64,000 nt of DNA from Myxococcota bacterium (GCA_044344255.1 JBIJDH010000014.1:1-64000), one strand, 5' to 3'. Counted from the first letter of the stretch, positions 17,744-27,903 are shown. Notes: generated from the letters alone by a model not told the origin. A program made the numbers and translations.

Positions 17744-17989
17744 TCATCTACGCCCGAGTACGGCGCGAGCCAGGCGGCCGATCAGCATCGAGGACAGCCC
17801 GGCGAGGCCAAAGGCCAGCGCGAACCAGATCGACCACAACCGAATGACATAGGGCAGATCGACGCCCTCGCAGCCACACAGCTCACCCTGGGCGTTGTGG
17901 TCGAGCGCCATGAGCAGGAGCGCGTTCGCGACGAGCACCGCCAGGAGCGCGCTCCCGAGGAGGGCCATCCAGCCCATCTTGGCGCTCAC
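17744..17989 (-). CDS. small two-TM membrane protein
   Basis: 81 aa, two hydrophobic helices around DHNAQGELCGC; start overlaps the upstream stop. Confidence 0.6.
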   Translation of the reverse strand: MSAKMGWMALLGSALLAVLVANALLLMALDHNAQGELCGCEGVDLPYVIRLWSIWFALAFGLAGLSSMLIGRLARAVLGRR

Positions 17990-18531
17990 GGTCCCTCCCG
18001 CCCCTCCATCCAGGCCCGCACCCGCGCTTTGCCGAAGAGGTTGACGCCGAAGGAGAGGGCGATGAGCCGCAGGTCCTGGCCGAGGGAGGGTGCCTGGGCG
18101 TAAGCGTGATCTCGTGCCAGGGTGGCGGCGGCTCCCGCGCCGGCGCGAAGCTGGGCGGGGCCGGTGATGCCGGGGGCGACGGAGGCGCGCAGGGCGTCGC
18201 CCTCCCAGCCGAGGCGGCGGAGCTCCTCCTGGAGCAGCGGGCGCGGGCCCACGACGCTCATCTCGCCCTTGAGCACGTTCACGAACTGAGGCAGCTCGTC
18301 GAGGCCGGTGCCGCGGAGGCTGCAGCCCACCCGTGTCACCCGCCCGTCCTGCATGGTCCGCAGCTTCAGCACCGTGAAGGGGGCGCCGCCCCGGCCGACC
18401 CGCACCTGCCGGAAGAGCACGGGTCCGCCGTCCTCCGCGCGGATGGCGGCCGCCGCCGTCAGGAGCACCGGCGCGAAGGCTGCGAGGGCGGTGGCCGAGG
18501 CCAGGAGATCGAGGGCGCGCTTGCCGGTCAT
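17986..18531 (-). CDS. bacterial sugar transferase (monotopic phosphoglycosyl transferase)
   Basis: KRALDL...GPVLFRQVRVG..F..LKLRTM..LDELPQFVNVLKGEMSVVGPRP..PGITG.AQ. Confidence 0.92.
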   Translation of the reverse strand: MTGKRALDLLASATALAAFAPVLLTAAAAIRAEDGGPVLFRQVRVGRGGAPFTVLKLRTMQDGRVTRVGCSLRGTGLDELPQFVNVLKGEMSVVGPRPLLQEELRRLGWEGDALRASVAPGITGPAQLRAGAGAAATLARDHAYAQAPSLGQDLRLIALSFGVNLFGKARVRAWMEGREGP

Positions 18532-19934
18532 GCCGCCTCCACGAGGGCCGGTGCGGTGGGCTCTTCCAGGCTGAGGACGGGCACCGTCGCGAGCACGGCC
18601 TCCAGCATCGGGCGCATGGAGCCGAGCCGCCGGCTGCGGATGACGGCGTCCCAGACGGGCTCGAGCTTCTTCCACCCGCCGCTGTAAGCGAAGTGCTTGA
18701 GGGACCGGTCCAGCCGCCCGTGGGCGGTCGCCGCGCGGCCGATGTTGCGCCAACTGTAGAAGTCCTGGTAGGCGCGCCAGTAGCCCGCCTCCAGCTCGGG
18801 GATCGTCATCCCGCGGGGCTGGAACACGGCCTGGCGCGTGTCGTAACGGTCCCAGTCGCGGCTGAGGATGCGGCCCTCCTGCTCCATTCGCGCGAAGAGG
18901 GCGGTGCCCGGGTAGGGCGTGGCCACGTGGAAGGTGGCCGTCGTAAGGCCGCGGGTGACGGCCCACTCGACGGTGCGCGCGAAGACGTCGGGGCCGTCGC
19001 CGTCGAGGCCGAAGACGAAGCTCCCGTTGATCATCACACCGAGCTCGTCGAGGCGGCGCACGGCGCGGTCGTAGTCCCGGCCGAGGTTCTGGACCTTGTT
19101 GGCGGCCCGGAGCGCGGCCGGATCGAGGGTCTCGAAGCCGAGGAAGACGCTGCGCAACCCGGCTTCGACGGCGCGCTCGATGAGGTCACCGCGGAGGATG
19201 GCGTCCACGGTTGATGCCCCCTGGAAAAGCCTCCCCATCCCCTTCATTCCCGTGAACAGTCCCTCGGCGAAACGTTTGTCGCCGAGGAGGTGGTCGTCGA
19301 GGAAGTAGAGGTGGCGGCCCGGCAGGCGGTTGATCTCGGCGAGGGCCTCGTCCACCCGCTGGGTGTAGAAGGAGCGGCCGCCCGCAAAGAAGGCGTCTTT
19401 GTAGCAGAAGTCGCAGTGGTGCGGGCAGCCGCGTGTCACGACGACGGAGTTCGGCACGAGGTACAGATCGCGGCGGATGAGGTCGCGTCGCAGGGGCGGG
19501 ATGCCGTGGAGCGAGCGGGTGGCCGAGGTGTAGCGGGGAGCGGGGCAACCCGCGCGGAGATCGCGGAGAAAGCGGGGGAAGGCCTCGTCGGCCGGCCCGA
19601 GGAAGAGGTGGTCGGCGTGCAGGGCGGCCTCGTCGGGGAGCGAGGTGACGTGCAGCCCGCCCAGGATGACTCGGACCCCGCGCGCCCGGTATGCGTCGGC
19701 CAGCGCATAGGCGCGCCGCGCGTTCGTGATGTAGACCTCGATGCCGACGAGGTCCGGCGTGTCGTCACAGCGCAGCGGCATCACATGCTCGTCGACCAGC
19801 TCGACCTCGTCCTCGGGGTCGAGCCACCCGGCGAGGGCCGCGAGCCCGAGCGGCGGGAAGAGACTGTACTTGACCGGACGGAAATGGGGGCTGTCGCACT
19901 CGGTGAGCGACGGCAGGATCAGCTTGACCTTCAT
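18528..19934 (-). CDS. B12-binding radical SAM protein
   Basis: FPPLGLAALA, VILGGLHVT, TRGCPHHCDFC (CxxxCxxC), TPYPGT. Confidence 0.93.
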   Translation of the reverse strand: MKVKLILPSLTECDSPHFRPVKYSLFPPLGLAALAGWLDPEDEVELVDEHVMPLRCDDTPDLVGIEVYITNARRAYALADAYRARGVRVILGGLHVTSLPDEAALHADHLFLGPADEAFPRFLRDLRAGCPAPRYTSATRSLHGIPPLRRDLIRRDLYLVPNSVVVTRGCPHHCDFCYKDAFFAGGRSFYTQRVDEALAEINRLPGRHLYFLDDHLLGDKRFAEGLFTGMKGMGRLFQGASTVDAILRGDLIERAVEAGLRSVFLGFETLDPAALRAANKVQNLGRDYDRAVRRLDELGVMINGSFVFGLDGDGPDVFARTVEWAVTRGLTTATFHVATPYPGTALFARMEQEGRILSRDWDRYDTRQAVFQPRGMTIPELEAGYWRAYQDFYSWRNIGRAATAHGRLDRSLKHFAYSGGWKKLEPVWDAVIRSRRLGSMRPMLEAVLATVPVLSLEEPTAPALVEAA

Positions 19935-20108
19935 GATGCCTCCGCCTTCAACTGTATCGGGCGGTGGTGGGCCATTTCGCGGGGAGGCGGAGGAGAGATT
20001 GTGCAGAGCGTGTGCAGCGGAGGCCAGGGGCCGCCGCTCGTCTGGGCGAACGCAGTCAATCGCGTGCTCGACGGCCTCGGTGGTGTACTCGGCGGTGATG
20101 TGCGGGTA

Positions 20109-20402
20109 TACGTGCCGACCCGCACGGGCACGCTGTACTTGGCGATGGTCCTGGACGAGTGAAGCCGCAAGGTCGTCGGGTGGGCCATGGACCGGCAGAT
20201 GCCAGCCGAGCTCGTCTCCAAGGCCCTGGAGATGGCCGTGGTTCGTCGTCGCCCGAGCAACCTCATCCACCACTCGGACCGCGGCAGCCAATACACCAGC
20301 CTCGACTTCACCACCCGATGTGAGGCCCTCAACGTGCGCACCTCCATGGGCGCAGGGGGCGACTGCTACGACAACGCCATGGCAGAGAGCTTCTTCGCGG
20401 CC
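20109..20402 (+). mobile_element. IS3-family OrfB integrase-core remnant with internal stop
   Basis: YVPT..GTLYLAMVLDE*SRKVVGWAM...HHSDRGSQYTS...CYDNAMAESFF; TGA at 20160. Confidence 0.9.
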
Positions 20403-20532
20403 TGGAGTGCGAGCTGTGAGTCTCCCCCCTGGCCCCCCCTCGGCCAACACCTGCTCGGTGAGGCAGTCCAATGTGGGATTGACGGCGACAGGATAAGTAT
20501 ATGTCTGTCAATTCGGGGCAAGCTCAGCCCCC

Positions 20533-20895
20533 ATCTCCCTGCTCGCCTGCGAGCTGGATGTTCGGGTCGGGGGGAAGTACCGGCTGATGTTCCGCATCAA
20601 CGGCACCGACCAGCAGATGGAGTTCTTCGGCCGCTACCTCGAGGTGTCACCGCCCGCCCGCATCGTCTGGACCAATGACGAAGGCGACGAGGGCGGCGCC
20701 ATCACCACGGTGACCTTCGAGGAGCAGGGTGGTCAGACGCGGGTGATCGTGCACGACCTCTATCCCTCGAAGCAGGCGCTGGAGGAGGCCATCGCCTCGG
20801 GGAGCACCGAGGGGATGCCCGAGCAGCTCGAGGCGCTCGAGGCGCTCATCCTCTCCCTCAGCGACCCCCTCAGCGACGGGGCTTCCGCTTCGTGA
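20533..20895 (+). pseudogene. N-terminally truncated SRPBCC/AHSA1-domain protein
   Basis: ACELDVRVGGKYRL..FFGRYLEVSPPARIVWT..TTVTFEE..G.TRV; usual N-terminal part absent. Confidence 0.75.
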
Positions 20896-22714
20896 GGATG
20901 GCCTCGATCTGATCCATGATCCGGTTCATCCGTCGCGCCAGGGCGTCGTAGGGGGCGGGAGTGGCCATGTCCACCCCCGCTCGCTGGAGGAGCAGGTAGG
21001 GATCATCCGAGCCCCCCGCGCGGAGCAGGCCGAGGTACCGGTCTACCGCGCCCGGCTTCTTGCTGAGCACATCCTCGGCGAGCAAGGAAGAGGCCGCGAT
21101 GGAGGTGGCGTACTGATAGACATAGAAGTTGTAATAGAAGTGGGGAATATAGGCCCATTCGACGGCGTACGCGTCGTCGATGTGCGTGACCCCCGCGTCA
21201 TGCCCATAATACCGCTTGAGGATGCCGAGGTAGGCGCTGTTCAGGGAGTCGCCGGTCAGCGGCTCGCCCTTCTCCACCTGGCTGTGAATGGCCAGCTCGA
21301 ATTCAGCGAACTGCGCCTGGCGGAACCAGGTGCCGCGCAGGCCCTCGAGGGCCTGGCCCAAGTAGAAGAGGCGCTCGTCATCGGTGCCCGCGGCCCTCAT
21401 CACATGGTCGAGCAGCATGGCCTCGCCGAAGGTGGAGGCGATCTCCGCGGTGAAGGTGGAGTAGTCGGCCTTCGCATAGGGCTGGGCCTGGGTGGAGAGC
21501 GAGCTGTGCATCGCGTGCCCCCACTCATGGGCGAAGGTCGAGACCGCCTCATAATCTCCCGAGAAATTGAGCAGGAGGTAGGGGTGCACATCATACGCGG
21601 CCCCGTCCATATAGGCCCCGGCGTGCTTTCCGGTGCGCGGATAGACATCCATCCAGCGCCCTCCGAAGCCCAGCTCCAGCGGGCCGACATAGGCCGGGCC
21701 GAGCGGCTTCATCGAGGCGAGGGTGAGCCGCTTCGCGTCCTCGACGGTCCAGCTCCGATCGAGGTTCACGAGCGGGGGATAGAGGTCGGAGTAGGCGAGG
21801 TCGGTCACACCGAGCATTCGCGCCCGGAGCTTCAGGTAGCGGTGCAGCGTGGGCAGGTTCCGGTTCGTCTGCTCCACCAGGGTGGTGTAGACTGAGGCGG
21901 GGACGTGATCGGTGTCGATGGAGGCCGCGACCGAGCTCGGATAGCCGCGGGCCTGCGCCTCAAACCAGTGCCCGTTCACCGCGGCGTCGAGCGTGGTGCC
22001 GAGCACCCCCGAGAAGCCGCTGAGGGCGCCGAAGTAGGCGTCATAGACCTTCTTGCGGTCCGCTCGAACAGGGCTCGCCCGAAACACCGTGTAGGCGGAG
22101 GGGTCGAGCCGCACGCTGGTCCCGTCCGAGAGGGCCACCGTCGGCCAGGGGAGCTCGGCGTTGACGAGCAGGCTGTGGATCCGCCCCGGGGCCCCGCGGA
22201 CGTCGCCGCTGGCGGCCAGCAGGGCCTCCCGACCGGCGTCGAGGGTGAAGGCCGCGTCTCTCACCGTGCCGCGGAGGTAGTAGTCATACGGGGCCAGCGC
22301 CTTGTCCGCCCCGATGGCCGCCTCGACCGCTGGCCCGCCGAGGGCCACAATCTCGGGCTCGTAGAAGGCCGTGTGCTCTCCGAAGCGGCTCCACAGCATG
22401 CTGCTGCGCTGCGCCCGAGACCGCCAGGCGTCGTCTCGGGTGTCCGCCTCGCTGCTGTTCGAGGCATAGGTCTCGAGGCGCGCGACCGCCCGGTGGACCT
22501 CGAAGCGCCGGTCCAGGCAGGGGCGGAGCTCAACCGCCAGCTTGGCCCGACAAGACTCCAGGCCGTCGGTGAGGCCCTCCACGCGCCCGAGCTCGGCCTC
22601 CCAGGCCTCGACCGACGGAAAGACGGCGCTGAGGTCCCAGGTGTCCTCCACTCGCTCGGGGGGCGCAGCGGCGAGGGCGGGGAGCAGCAGGGAGAGGGCG
22701 AGCAGAGCGGGCAT
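20870..22714 (-). CDS. pepF: secreted oligoendopeptidase F (M3B)
   Basis: TWDLSAVF, GKHAGAY, HPYLLLN, HEWGHAMH, AEIAST, IPHFYYNFYVYQYAT; signal peptide. Confidence 0.93.
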   Translation of the reverse strand: MPALLALSLLLPALAAAPPERVEDTWDLSAVFPSVEAWEAELGRVEGLTDGLESCRAKLAVELRPCLDRRFEVHRAVARLETYASNSSEADTRDDAWRSRAQRSSMLWSRFGEHTAFYEPEIVALGGPAVEAAIGADKALAPYDYYLRGTVRDAAFTLDAGREALLAASGDVRGAPGRIHSLLVNAELPWPTVALSDGTSVRLDPSAYTVFRASPVRADRKKVYDAYFGALSGFSGVLGTTLDAAVNGHWFEAQARGYPSSVAASIDTDHVPASVYTTLVEQTNRNLPTLHRYLKLRARMLGVTDLAYSDLYPPLVNLDRSWTVEDAKRLTLASMKPLGPAYVGPLELGFGGRWMDVYPRTGKHAGAYMDGAAYDVHPYLLLNFSGDYEAVSTFAHEWGHAMHSSLSTQAQPYAKADYSTFTAEIASTFGEAMLLDHVMRAAGTDDERLFYLGQALEGLRGTWFRQAQFAEFELAIHSQVEKGEPLTGDSLNSAYLGILKRYYGHDAGVTHIDDAYAVEWAYIPHFYYNFYVYQYATSIAASSLLAEDVLSKKPGAVDRYLGLLRAGGSDDPYLLLQRAGVDMATPAPYDALARRMNRIMDQIEAILTKRKPRR

Positions 22715-22823
22715 GGGACCTCCGGCCGCCCCCCCTAACCGGCCCTCCGTTGACGTTCGCGCGCGCCGCCTGGAGGCGGGGGGCTGGGCTCGCGGGGTCC
22801 ATCTCCGCGGAGCGTCCCGAGCG

Positions 22824-23288
22824 CTATTGGCCCTCCAAGTAGTCGAGGCCCTGCTCCCAGGTGGGGGGCATCGCCTCGGGATCGGTCTCTACCCAGTGTG
22901 TAAATTCCGAGTCCTCCAGCACCGTGTCCGCCTCTATCATCGCGTCCCCATGCGCCTCCCTCGTCACAAAGGCGAGCAGGGCCGGCTCTGACTCCCAGAT
23001 AGACATCGTCCAGTTGTCTCGACCCACGAGGTCCCCGCGGAGCGAATAGCCCACGATCCCCTCGGACCGCTGCATCTGTTCTTCGATCGCATCGACATGA
23101 TCCGCGAAGGCCTCTCCTTCGCCGCGGGCCTGTCGCGCGTAGGTGACCGCCACGACAAAGGGGCCCTCGTGGTCCGATGTATATTCGCCATCCGAAAACC
23201 CCGGACCCACAAAAGGGGAGCTCAACGCACAGCCAAATGAGAGCATGAGCCAAATCATCTGCGGACTCCCGACACTTCCAGGGTTCAA
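22824..23288 (-). CDS. dimeric alpha-beta barrel (ABM/DUF3291-like) protein, possibly a lipoprotein
   Basis: GIVGYSL..WTMSIWESEPALLAFV...H..AM; start uncertain. Confidence 0.7.
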   Translation of the reverse strand: MNPGSVGSPQMIWLMLSFGCALSSPFVGPGFSDGEYTSDHEGPFVVAVTYARQARGEGEAFADHVDAIEEQMQRSEGIVGYSLRGDLVGRDNWTMSIWESEPALLAFVTREAHGDAMIEADTVLEDSEFTHWVETDPEAMPPTWEQGLDYLEGQ

Positions 23289-23380
23289 AGGCGAGGCAGA
23301 GGCAGAGAGACCTCTGCACCCTGGACACCGGCGGAGCGCCGATCTGTCACCCGCCTCGGCTCCCCAGCAGGGGGCTGGGC

Positions 23381-24019
23381 TCAGGGGCTGGCAGGGCGCC
23401 GCGCGACCCAGAAGCCGATGTCGGCCTTGGCCCCGACGTCGGGGGCCTGGAGGTCCACGAAGCCGGCCCGGCCGATCTCCGCGGCGAGCTCATCCTTGGT
23501 GAGGACCCACACCCGCGGCGCCTTGCCGATCCAGCGCATGACGGTGAGCAGAGGAGAATAGGGGACCCAGGACTCTCCGAGGCAGACCGTCGAGGTGACG
23601 AAGAAGCCGCCCGGCTTCAGGAGTCGGAACATGGCCGCGAGCGCGCCGGCCCGATCTTCGACGAGGTGCAGGAAGCTGCAGGCCGAGACCCCGTCGAGGC
23701 TCCCGGCGGGGAGGACCGCGAAGCGCTCATCAAAGGGCCCGACGTGGAAGGTGACGTTGGCCGCCCCCTGCGCGGACGCCTTGTCCCGCGCGATGCGCAT
23801 CATCTCGGAGGACAAGTCCAGCCCGTGGACCTGCGCGGCGAAGGGCGCCAGGCGCAGCGCCAGGGAGCCGGTGCCACAGCCAATGTCCAACACGGTGTCG
23901 GTCGGCCTCAGGAGCCGCTTCATCACCTCGATCTTCCGCTCGAAGGCCGCGGGGTCATCGAGGGGGCGGGCGGCATAATCGCGGGCGATCTTGTCCCAGA
24001 AGGTCGGGTCGGCGGTCAT
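23381..24019 (-). CDS. class I SAM-dependent methyltransferase
   Basis: FWDKIA..YA; VLDIGCGTG; LLKPGG. Confidence 0.92.
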   Translation of the reverse strand: MTADPTFWDKIARDYAARPLDDPAAFERKIEVMKRLLRPTDTVLDIGCGTGSLALRLAPFAAQVHGLDLSSEMMRIARDKASAQGAANVTFHVGPFDERFAVLPAGSLDGVSACSFLHLVEDRAGALAAMFRLLKPGGFFVTSTVCLGESWVPYSPLLTVMRWIGKAPRVWVLTKDELAAEIGRAGFVDLQAPDVGAKADIGFWVARRPASP

Positions 24020-24236
24020 GCGGAACCTCAAGCCGGGCTACGGCGGGCGGGGCCTTGTCCAACGCTGTCCGCCGCTTCATACCCTCGCCGATGCGGACGC
24101 GGGGCCTGTGGTCGAGGTCGCCGCGAGCGGCGCTGATGTCGTACCCATCGGCGCGCAAGCCAGCCCCGGCCGGTCGGCCGATCCCCACGCACGTCCACCG
24201 CAACCCGGAGGGCCACCGCGCCGATGACGAGCGCCC

Positions 24237-25415
24237 TCAGGGGTGGACCACACAGCCCCCGGTGACCGCGCCCTCCCACTTCGCGGTCATCGCCGCCTGG
24301 AAGTCACTCAGCGGGAAGCGGTGGGAGACGTGGGGCCGATAGAGGCCCGCCTCGGCTCCTGCGAGCACGGCCTGCAGGCGGGGGGCGCGGCTCGCGGGGT
24401 CCATCACCGTCGAGATGACCGTGGGGCAGCCGAGCACGTCGAGGCCCTTCATCATCATCAGGTTGGTGGGGAGCTGGTTCGCGTTTGGCGCACCCTTTCG
24501 GCCGCCGCCGTCGGCGACGAAGGGGGTGCTCGACCAGCCGACGATGAGGAAGCGCCCGCCGAAGCGGATGCAGCGGAGGCTCTCCAAGGAGATCGCGCCG
24601 CCGACAGGGTCATAGACCACGTCTACGCCTGCGCCGCCCGTGAGCGCCTTGACCTCATCGCGGAAGCGCACGAGCGCGCCGTCTTCGAAGCGGAGGGGCA
24701 CCGTGTGGGCCGCCCCCGCCGCCGCGACCTCGGCCAGCTTCTCGGGCGAGCGGCCGGTGGCGATCACGGTGGCGCCGAGGCCCACCGCGACCTGCACCGC
24801 GGCGAGGCCGGTGGCCCCGGTGGCGCCGTGAATGAGGACCGTCTCTCCGGCGGACAGGCGACCGCGCGTGACGAGGCAATGATAGGCCGTCTCGTAGCTG
24901 CCGAGCAGGGCCGCCGCCGCGTCGAAGGAGAGGCCGCCCGGGATGGGCACGAGGGCCTCGGCGGGGGCCACGACGTACGACGCGAAGCCCCCCCACCGCT
25001 GATAGGGGCCCATCGAGCGCGGGCCGGCCCGCATCCCATCGACGATCACGCGGGCGCCGATCGGGAGAGAGCCTGGCACCGCCGGGCCCCGATAGACCAC
25101 CTCACCCGCGCACTCGAGGCCCGGCGTATAGGGCGGGTGCGGCAGGTGCTGATAGAGGCCGCTGGTCATGAGGAGATCGACCCAGCCCACGGCGCAGCTC
25201 CGCACGGCGACGATACAGTCGCCGGGCCCGAGGGCGGCGGGGTCGGGCGCCTCCATCGGCTCGAGGTGCATGCCGTTCGCGATGGCCTCGGGGGGCCGCT
25301 CGGCGAAGGCGGTGACGACGACGCGGTGGCCGACAGGGAGCGGTGGAGGAGCGGAAGGCAGCGGGGCGGCGGGCAGCGGGGCGGCGGGCAAGGGGACCTC
25401 TCGGTGCCCCATCAT
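24237..25415 (-). CDS. NADPH:quinone oxidoreductase family (MDR) protein
   Basis: YTPGLECAGEV, VLIHGATGATGLAAVQ, GVDVVYDPVGG. Confidence 0.92.
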   Translation of the reverse strand: MMGHREVPLPAAPLPAAPLPSAPPPLPVGHRVVVTAFAERPPEAIANGMHLEPMEAPDPAALGPGDCIVAVRSCAVGWVDLLMTSGLYQHLPHPPYTPGLECAGEVVYRGPAVPGSLPIGARVIVDGMRAGPRSMGPYQRWGGFASYVVAPAEALVPIPGGLSFDAAAALLGSYETAYHCLVTRGRLSAGETVLIHGATGATGLAAVQVAVGLGATVIATGRSPEKLAEVAAAGAAHTVPLRFEDGALVRFRDEVKALTGGAGVDVVYDPVGGAISLESLRCIRFGGRFLIVGWSSTPFVADGGGRKGAPNANQLPTNLMMMKGLDVLGCPTVISTVMDPASRAPRLQAVLAGAEAGLYRPHVSHRFPLSDFQAAMTAKWEGAVTGGCVVHP

Positions 25416-25450
25416 GCCTCAGGCGCGCCGGCCGGTCACCCCGGGGCAGC

Positions 25451-26305
25451 CTACTCCCAGGCCACCGGGTTGGTGGTGGCGCCGTACCAGACCGGCCCGT
25501 CCGTGGCGACCCGCGCCCCGGCGCCGCTCGTGGGGTCGAGGGTGTAGATGAGGCCCTCGGAGGAGAAGCCGTACAGGGTCTCATTGGCATAGGCCACCCC
25601 ATAGAGCGGGCCTGTGCCGGTGAGGCCGTCGCGCACGATGCCGCCGGTGGCGGGGTCGAAGACGACGAGGGTGGTGCCCATGCCCCCGCCGGTCATCGCG
25701 CAGTAGAGGAGGCCGTCTGGGAGGCCGACCATGTCGCCGGCGAAGGAGTAGGCTCCGATGCTGTCGAGGCGGGTGAAATTCCCCGTCGCGGGATCGACCC
25801 GGTACAGGGAGCTCCCCCCACCCGCGAGCAGCGTGCCATCGGCGAGGAAGGAGAGGGCGTTGATGTCGCTCTCCCCGGAGCTGCCGACGAAGGTGGCGAC
25901 CGCGCTGGTGGCGTCGACCCGATAGAGGCTCGTGAAGCTCATCGCGTACAGGATGCCGCCGGAGTCGATGGCGATGTCGGTGATCTCCGACATCGGCCCG
26001 CCGGTGGTCACGTCTGTGAAGGTGCCGATGAGCGTCAGCACGTTCGGGTCTTCCGGAGAGACACTGAACAGCTTGTCGGCGGTGTGCGCGTAGAGCGGAT
26101 CGAGCGCCGCCTCGGGGGGGAGCGTGGTGCTGCCCGAGTCGATGATCTCCCCGGTGTCGTCGCCGACAGGGTCAGCCGTCTCGCCGGGGGTGCCGCTGTC
26201 AGCGGGCTCGGCGCTGGCGGCGCCTTCGTCCTTCCGCTGGAGGTCGTAGTCCGTGCAACCGGCCAGGGCCGAAAGCAAAATGAGGACGGGCGCGCGGGCG
26301 ACCAT
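25451..26305 (-). CDS. lipoprotein with beta-propeller-like domain
   Basis: LAGC lipobox; repeated LYRVD..T / DIAID..G.LY blades. Confidence 0.75.
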   Translation of the reverse strand: MVARAPVLILLSALAGCTDYDLQRKDEGAASAEPADSGTPGETADPVGDDTGEIIDSGSTTLPPEAALDPLYAHTADKLFSVSPEDPNVLTLIGTFTDVTTGGPMSEITDIAIDSGGILYAMSFTSLYRVDATSAVATFVGSSGESDINALSFLADGTLLAGGGSSLYRVDPATGNFTRLDSIGAYSFAGDMVGLPDGLLYCAMTGGGMGTTLVVFDPATGGIVRDGLTGTGPLYGVAYANETLYGFSSEGLIYTLDPTSGAGARVATDGPVWYGATTNPVAWE

Positions 26306-26306
26306 C

Positions 26307-27830
26307 TCAGCTCCCCGCCGGGCGGGCGGCGCGGGCGGTCGCGGCGGCCCGATCGGAGGCCCGCTTGCCGGCGTCCTTGACCTGTACGCCGAGGCTGTCG
26401 GTGCGCGCGTCGAAGTGCATCGTGTCTCCGTTGGCCTCGGGCCAGTCTGTCGCGCCCCAGGCGAGGCCGCCGGCGTCTCGAAAGGCGCGCACGAGCTCGA
26501 TGTTCATGTCGATGAAGCCCTTGGTGGCGGTGGTGCGGTACTTGTTGCCGAGCCACCAGTCCCGGTGGACCTTGGCCTTGTCGGCGATGGCCTTGGCCTC
26601 GCTGCCCTCGATCCCCGCGGCCTGCACCGCGGAGAGCCGCTCGGCGGCGGAGAGGGCGCCGAGGTCGAGGTACTTCTTGAAGGACTCGTTTCGGGTGGCG
26701 AGCTCCTGATAGGCCTCGTCCGTAGACTGCTCCTCGCCCCAGCGGAGCGTGTCGTCGGCGTCGAAGGCGCCTTCGCCCCCGTAGAGCTTGGAGGCGTTCC
26801 GCATCATGTTCTGGACCGCCTGGGCGATCCCGCCCGTCTTGGCCGGGAAGATCCAGGGGTTCTTCGGGCCCGACACGTCGAGGGCGATGCCCATCGCGTG
26901 GACATGAGAGGCCTGGTTGGAGGCGTCATGGTCATACGCCCCGCCGATCTTCCCATCCCAGCCGAGCTGGCCCTGGATCGACTCGGCGTCCTGGCCGGGG
27001 AAGCGGCCACGGATGTAGGTGTCGGCGGCGGTGACCCGCTGGAGCAGGATCGGGTGGCCGAGGACCGGCTTGTCAAGGAAGTAGGCGGTGTCCCACACCG
27101 CGCGCCAGGCGGCGAAGTCGGCGTAGCCCATCGCCTGTGCGGTCTCGTCTTTCGGGCTGTCCTTGCCCGGCTTGGCGGCCTGGTTCTTCTTCTTGGCGTC
27201 CGCCAGCGTCTCGAGCCAGGGCTCGCCGGGGACGAGGACCCGGAGGGCGGTGACCGTGGGGTCATCCAGCAGCTTGTCTCCGGTGATCCCCTTCCCCTCC
27301 CGGAAGGGGAGGAGCGCCCGCACCGTGGCCGTGTTCATCGCCCCGGTGCGCTGGTCGACCGGCACCTGCAGCGCCGCCTGCACGCCCCGCAGCCACTCGG
27401 GGCTCGGTCGTTTGGCTTGGCCGCGCAGGCTGTTCAGCAAGGCAGCCTCCGCCTGGGTGGTCGCCGCCACCGGGGCCCCTGCCGCCACCGGGGCGACCAT
27501 CGCCGCCGGGGCGCCCGCTGCAACAGAGGGGGGGCTCTGGCCCGGAGCCACCGCCGGTCCCGCCGACCGCGTGGCCCCTGCGCCCATCCAATCGACGAGG
27601 CCGCCGCTCGGCGCGCCGCGCTCCGTCGCGCCGCCCTCCGCGCCGCCGCGGGCCGGACCGCCGGGCGCTCGACCCCCCTGGACCGCGTCGCCAGCCGCCG
27701 CGTTACCGAGGCGCCCCCCGGGCCCGCGGCCACCGCGCGGGGCTGGGCCCTGCGCCGGCCCCTGACCCTGTCCCTGCCCCTGACCCTGCTGGGCGGGCCG
27801 CTGCGCCTGCCTCTGGCTCTGCCGGCTCAT
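26307..27830 (-). CDS. M15-family (D,D/L,D-peptidase-like) metallopeptidase with PG-binding-like domain
   Basis: SHVHAMGIALDV, AGGLAWG..W...DTMHFD; central VQAAL..TG.M...TVRAL..F....GI..D. Confidence 0.75.
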   Translation of the reverse strand: MSRQSQRQAQRPAQQGQGQGQGQGPAQGPAPRGGRGPGGRLGNAAAGDAVQGGRAPGGPARGGAEGGATERGAPSGGLVDWMGAGATRSAGPAVAPGQSPPSVAAGAPAAMVAPVAAGAPVAATTQAEAALLNSLRGQAKRPSPEWLRGVQAALQVPVDQRTGAMNTATVRALLPFREGKGITGDKLLDDPTVTALRVLVPGEPWLETLADAKKKNQAAKPGKDSPKDETAQAMGYADFAAWRAVWDTAYFLDKPVLGHPILLQRVTAADTYIRGRFPGQDAESIQGQLGWDGKIGGAYDHDASNQASHVHAMGIALDVSGPKNPWIFPAKTGGIAQAVQNMMRNASKLYGGEGAFDADDTLRWGEEQSTDEAYQELATRNESFKKYLDLGALSAAERLSAVQAAGIEGSEAKAIADKAKVHRDWWLGNKYRTTATKGFIDMNIELVRAFRDAGGLAWGATDWPEANGDTMHFDARTDSLGVQVKDAGKRASDRAAATARAARPAGS

Positions 27831-27903
27831 GAACTCTCCCACCCGGACGGCCACCGCCCCCGGGAATTTCCACATCCTACCACGAACCTCACCGGCTCGC
27901 GCG

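Noticed and set aside
19935..20471. N-terminal extension of the radical SAM ORF (647 aa)
   Set aside because: It is the antisense of the IS3 remnant; family similarity starts at MKVKLIL after a GGAGG RBS
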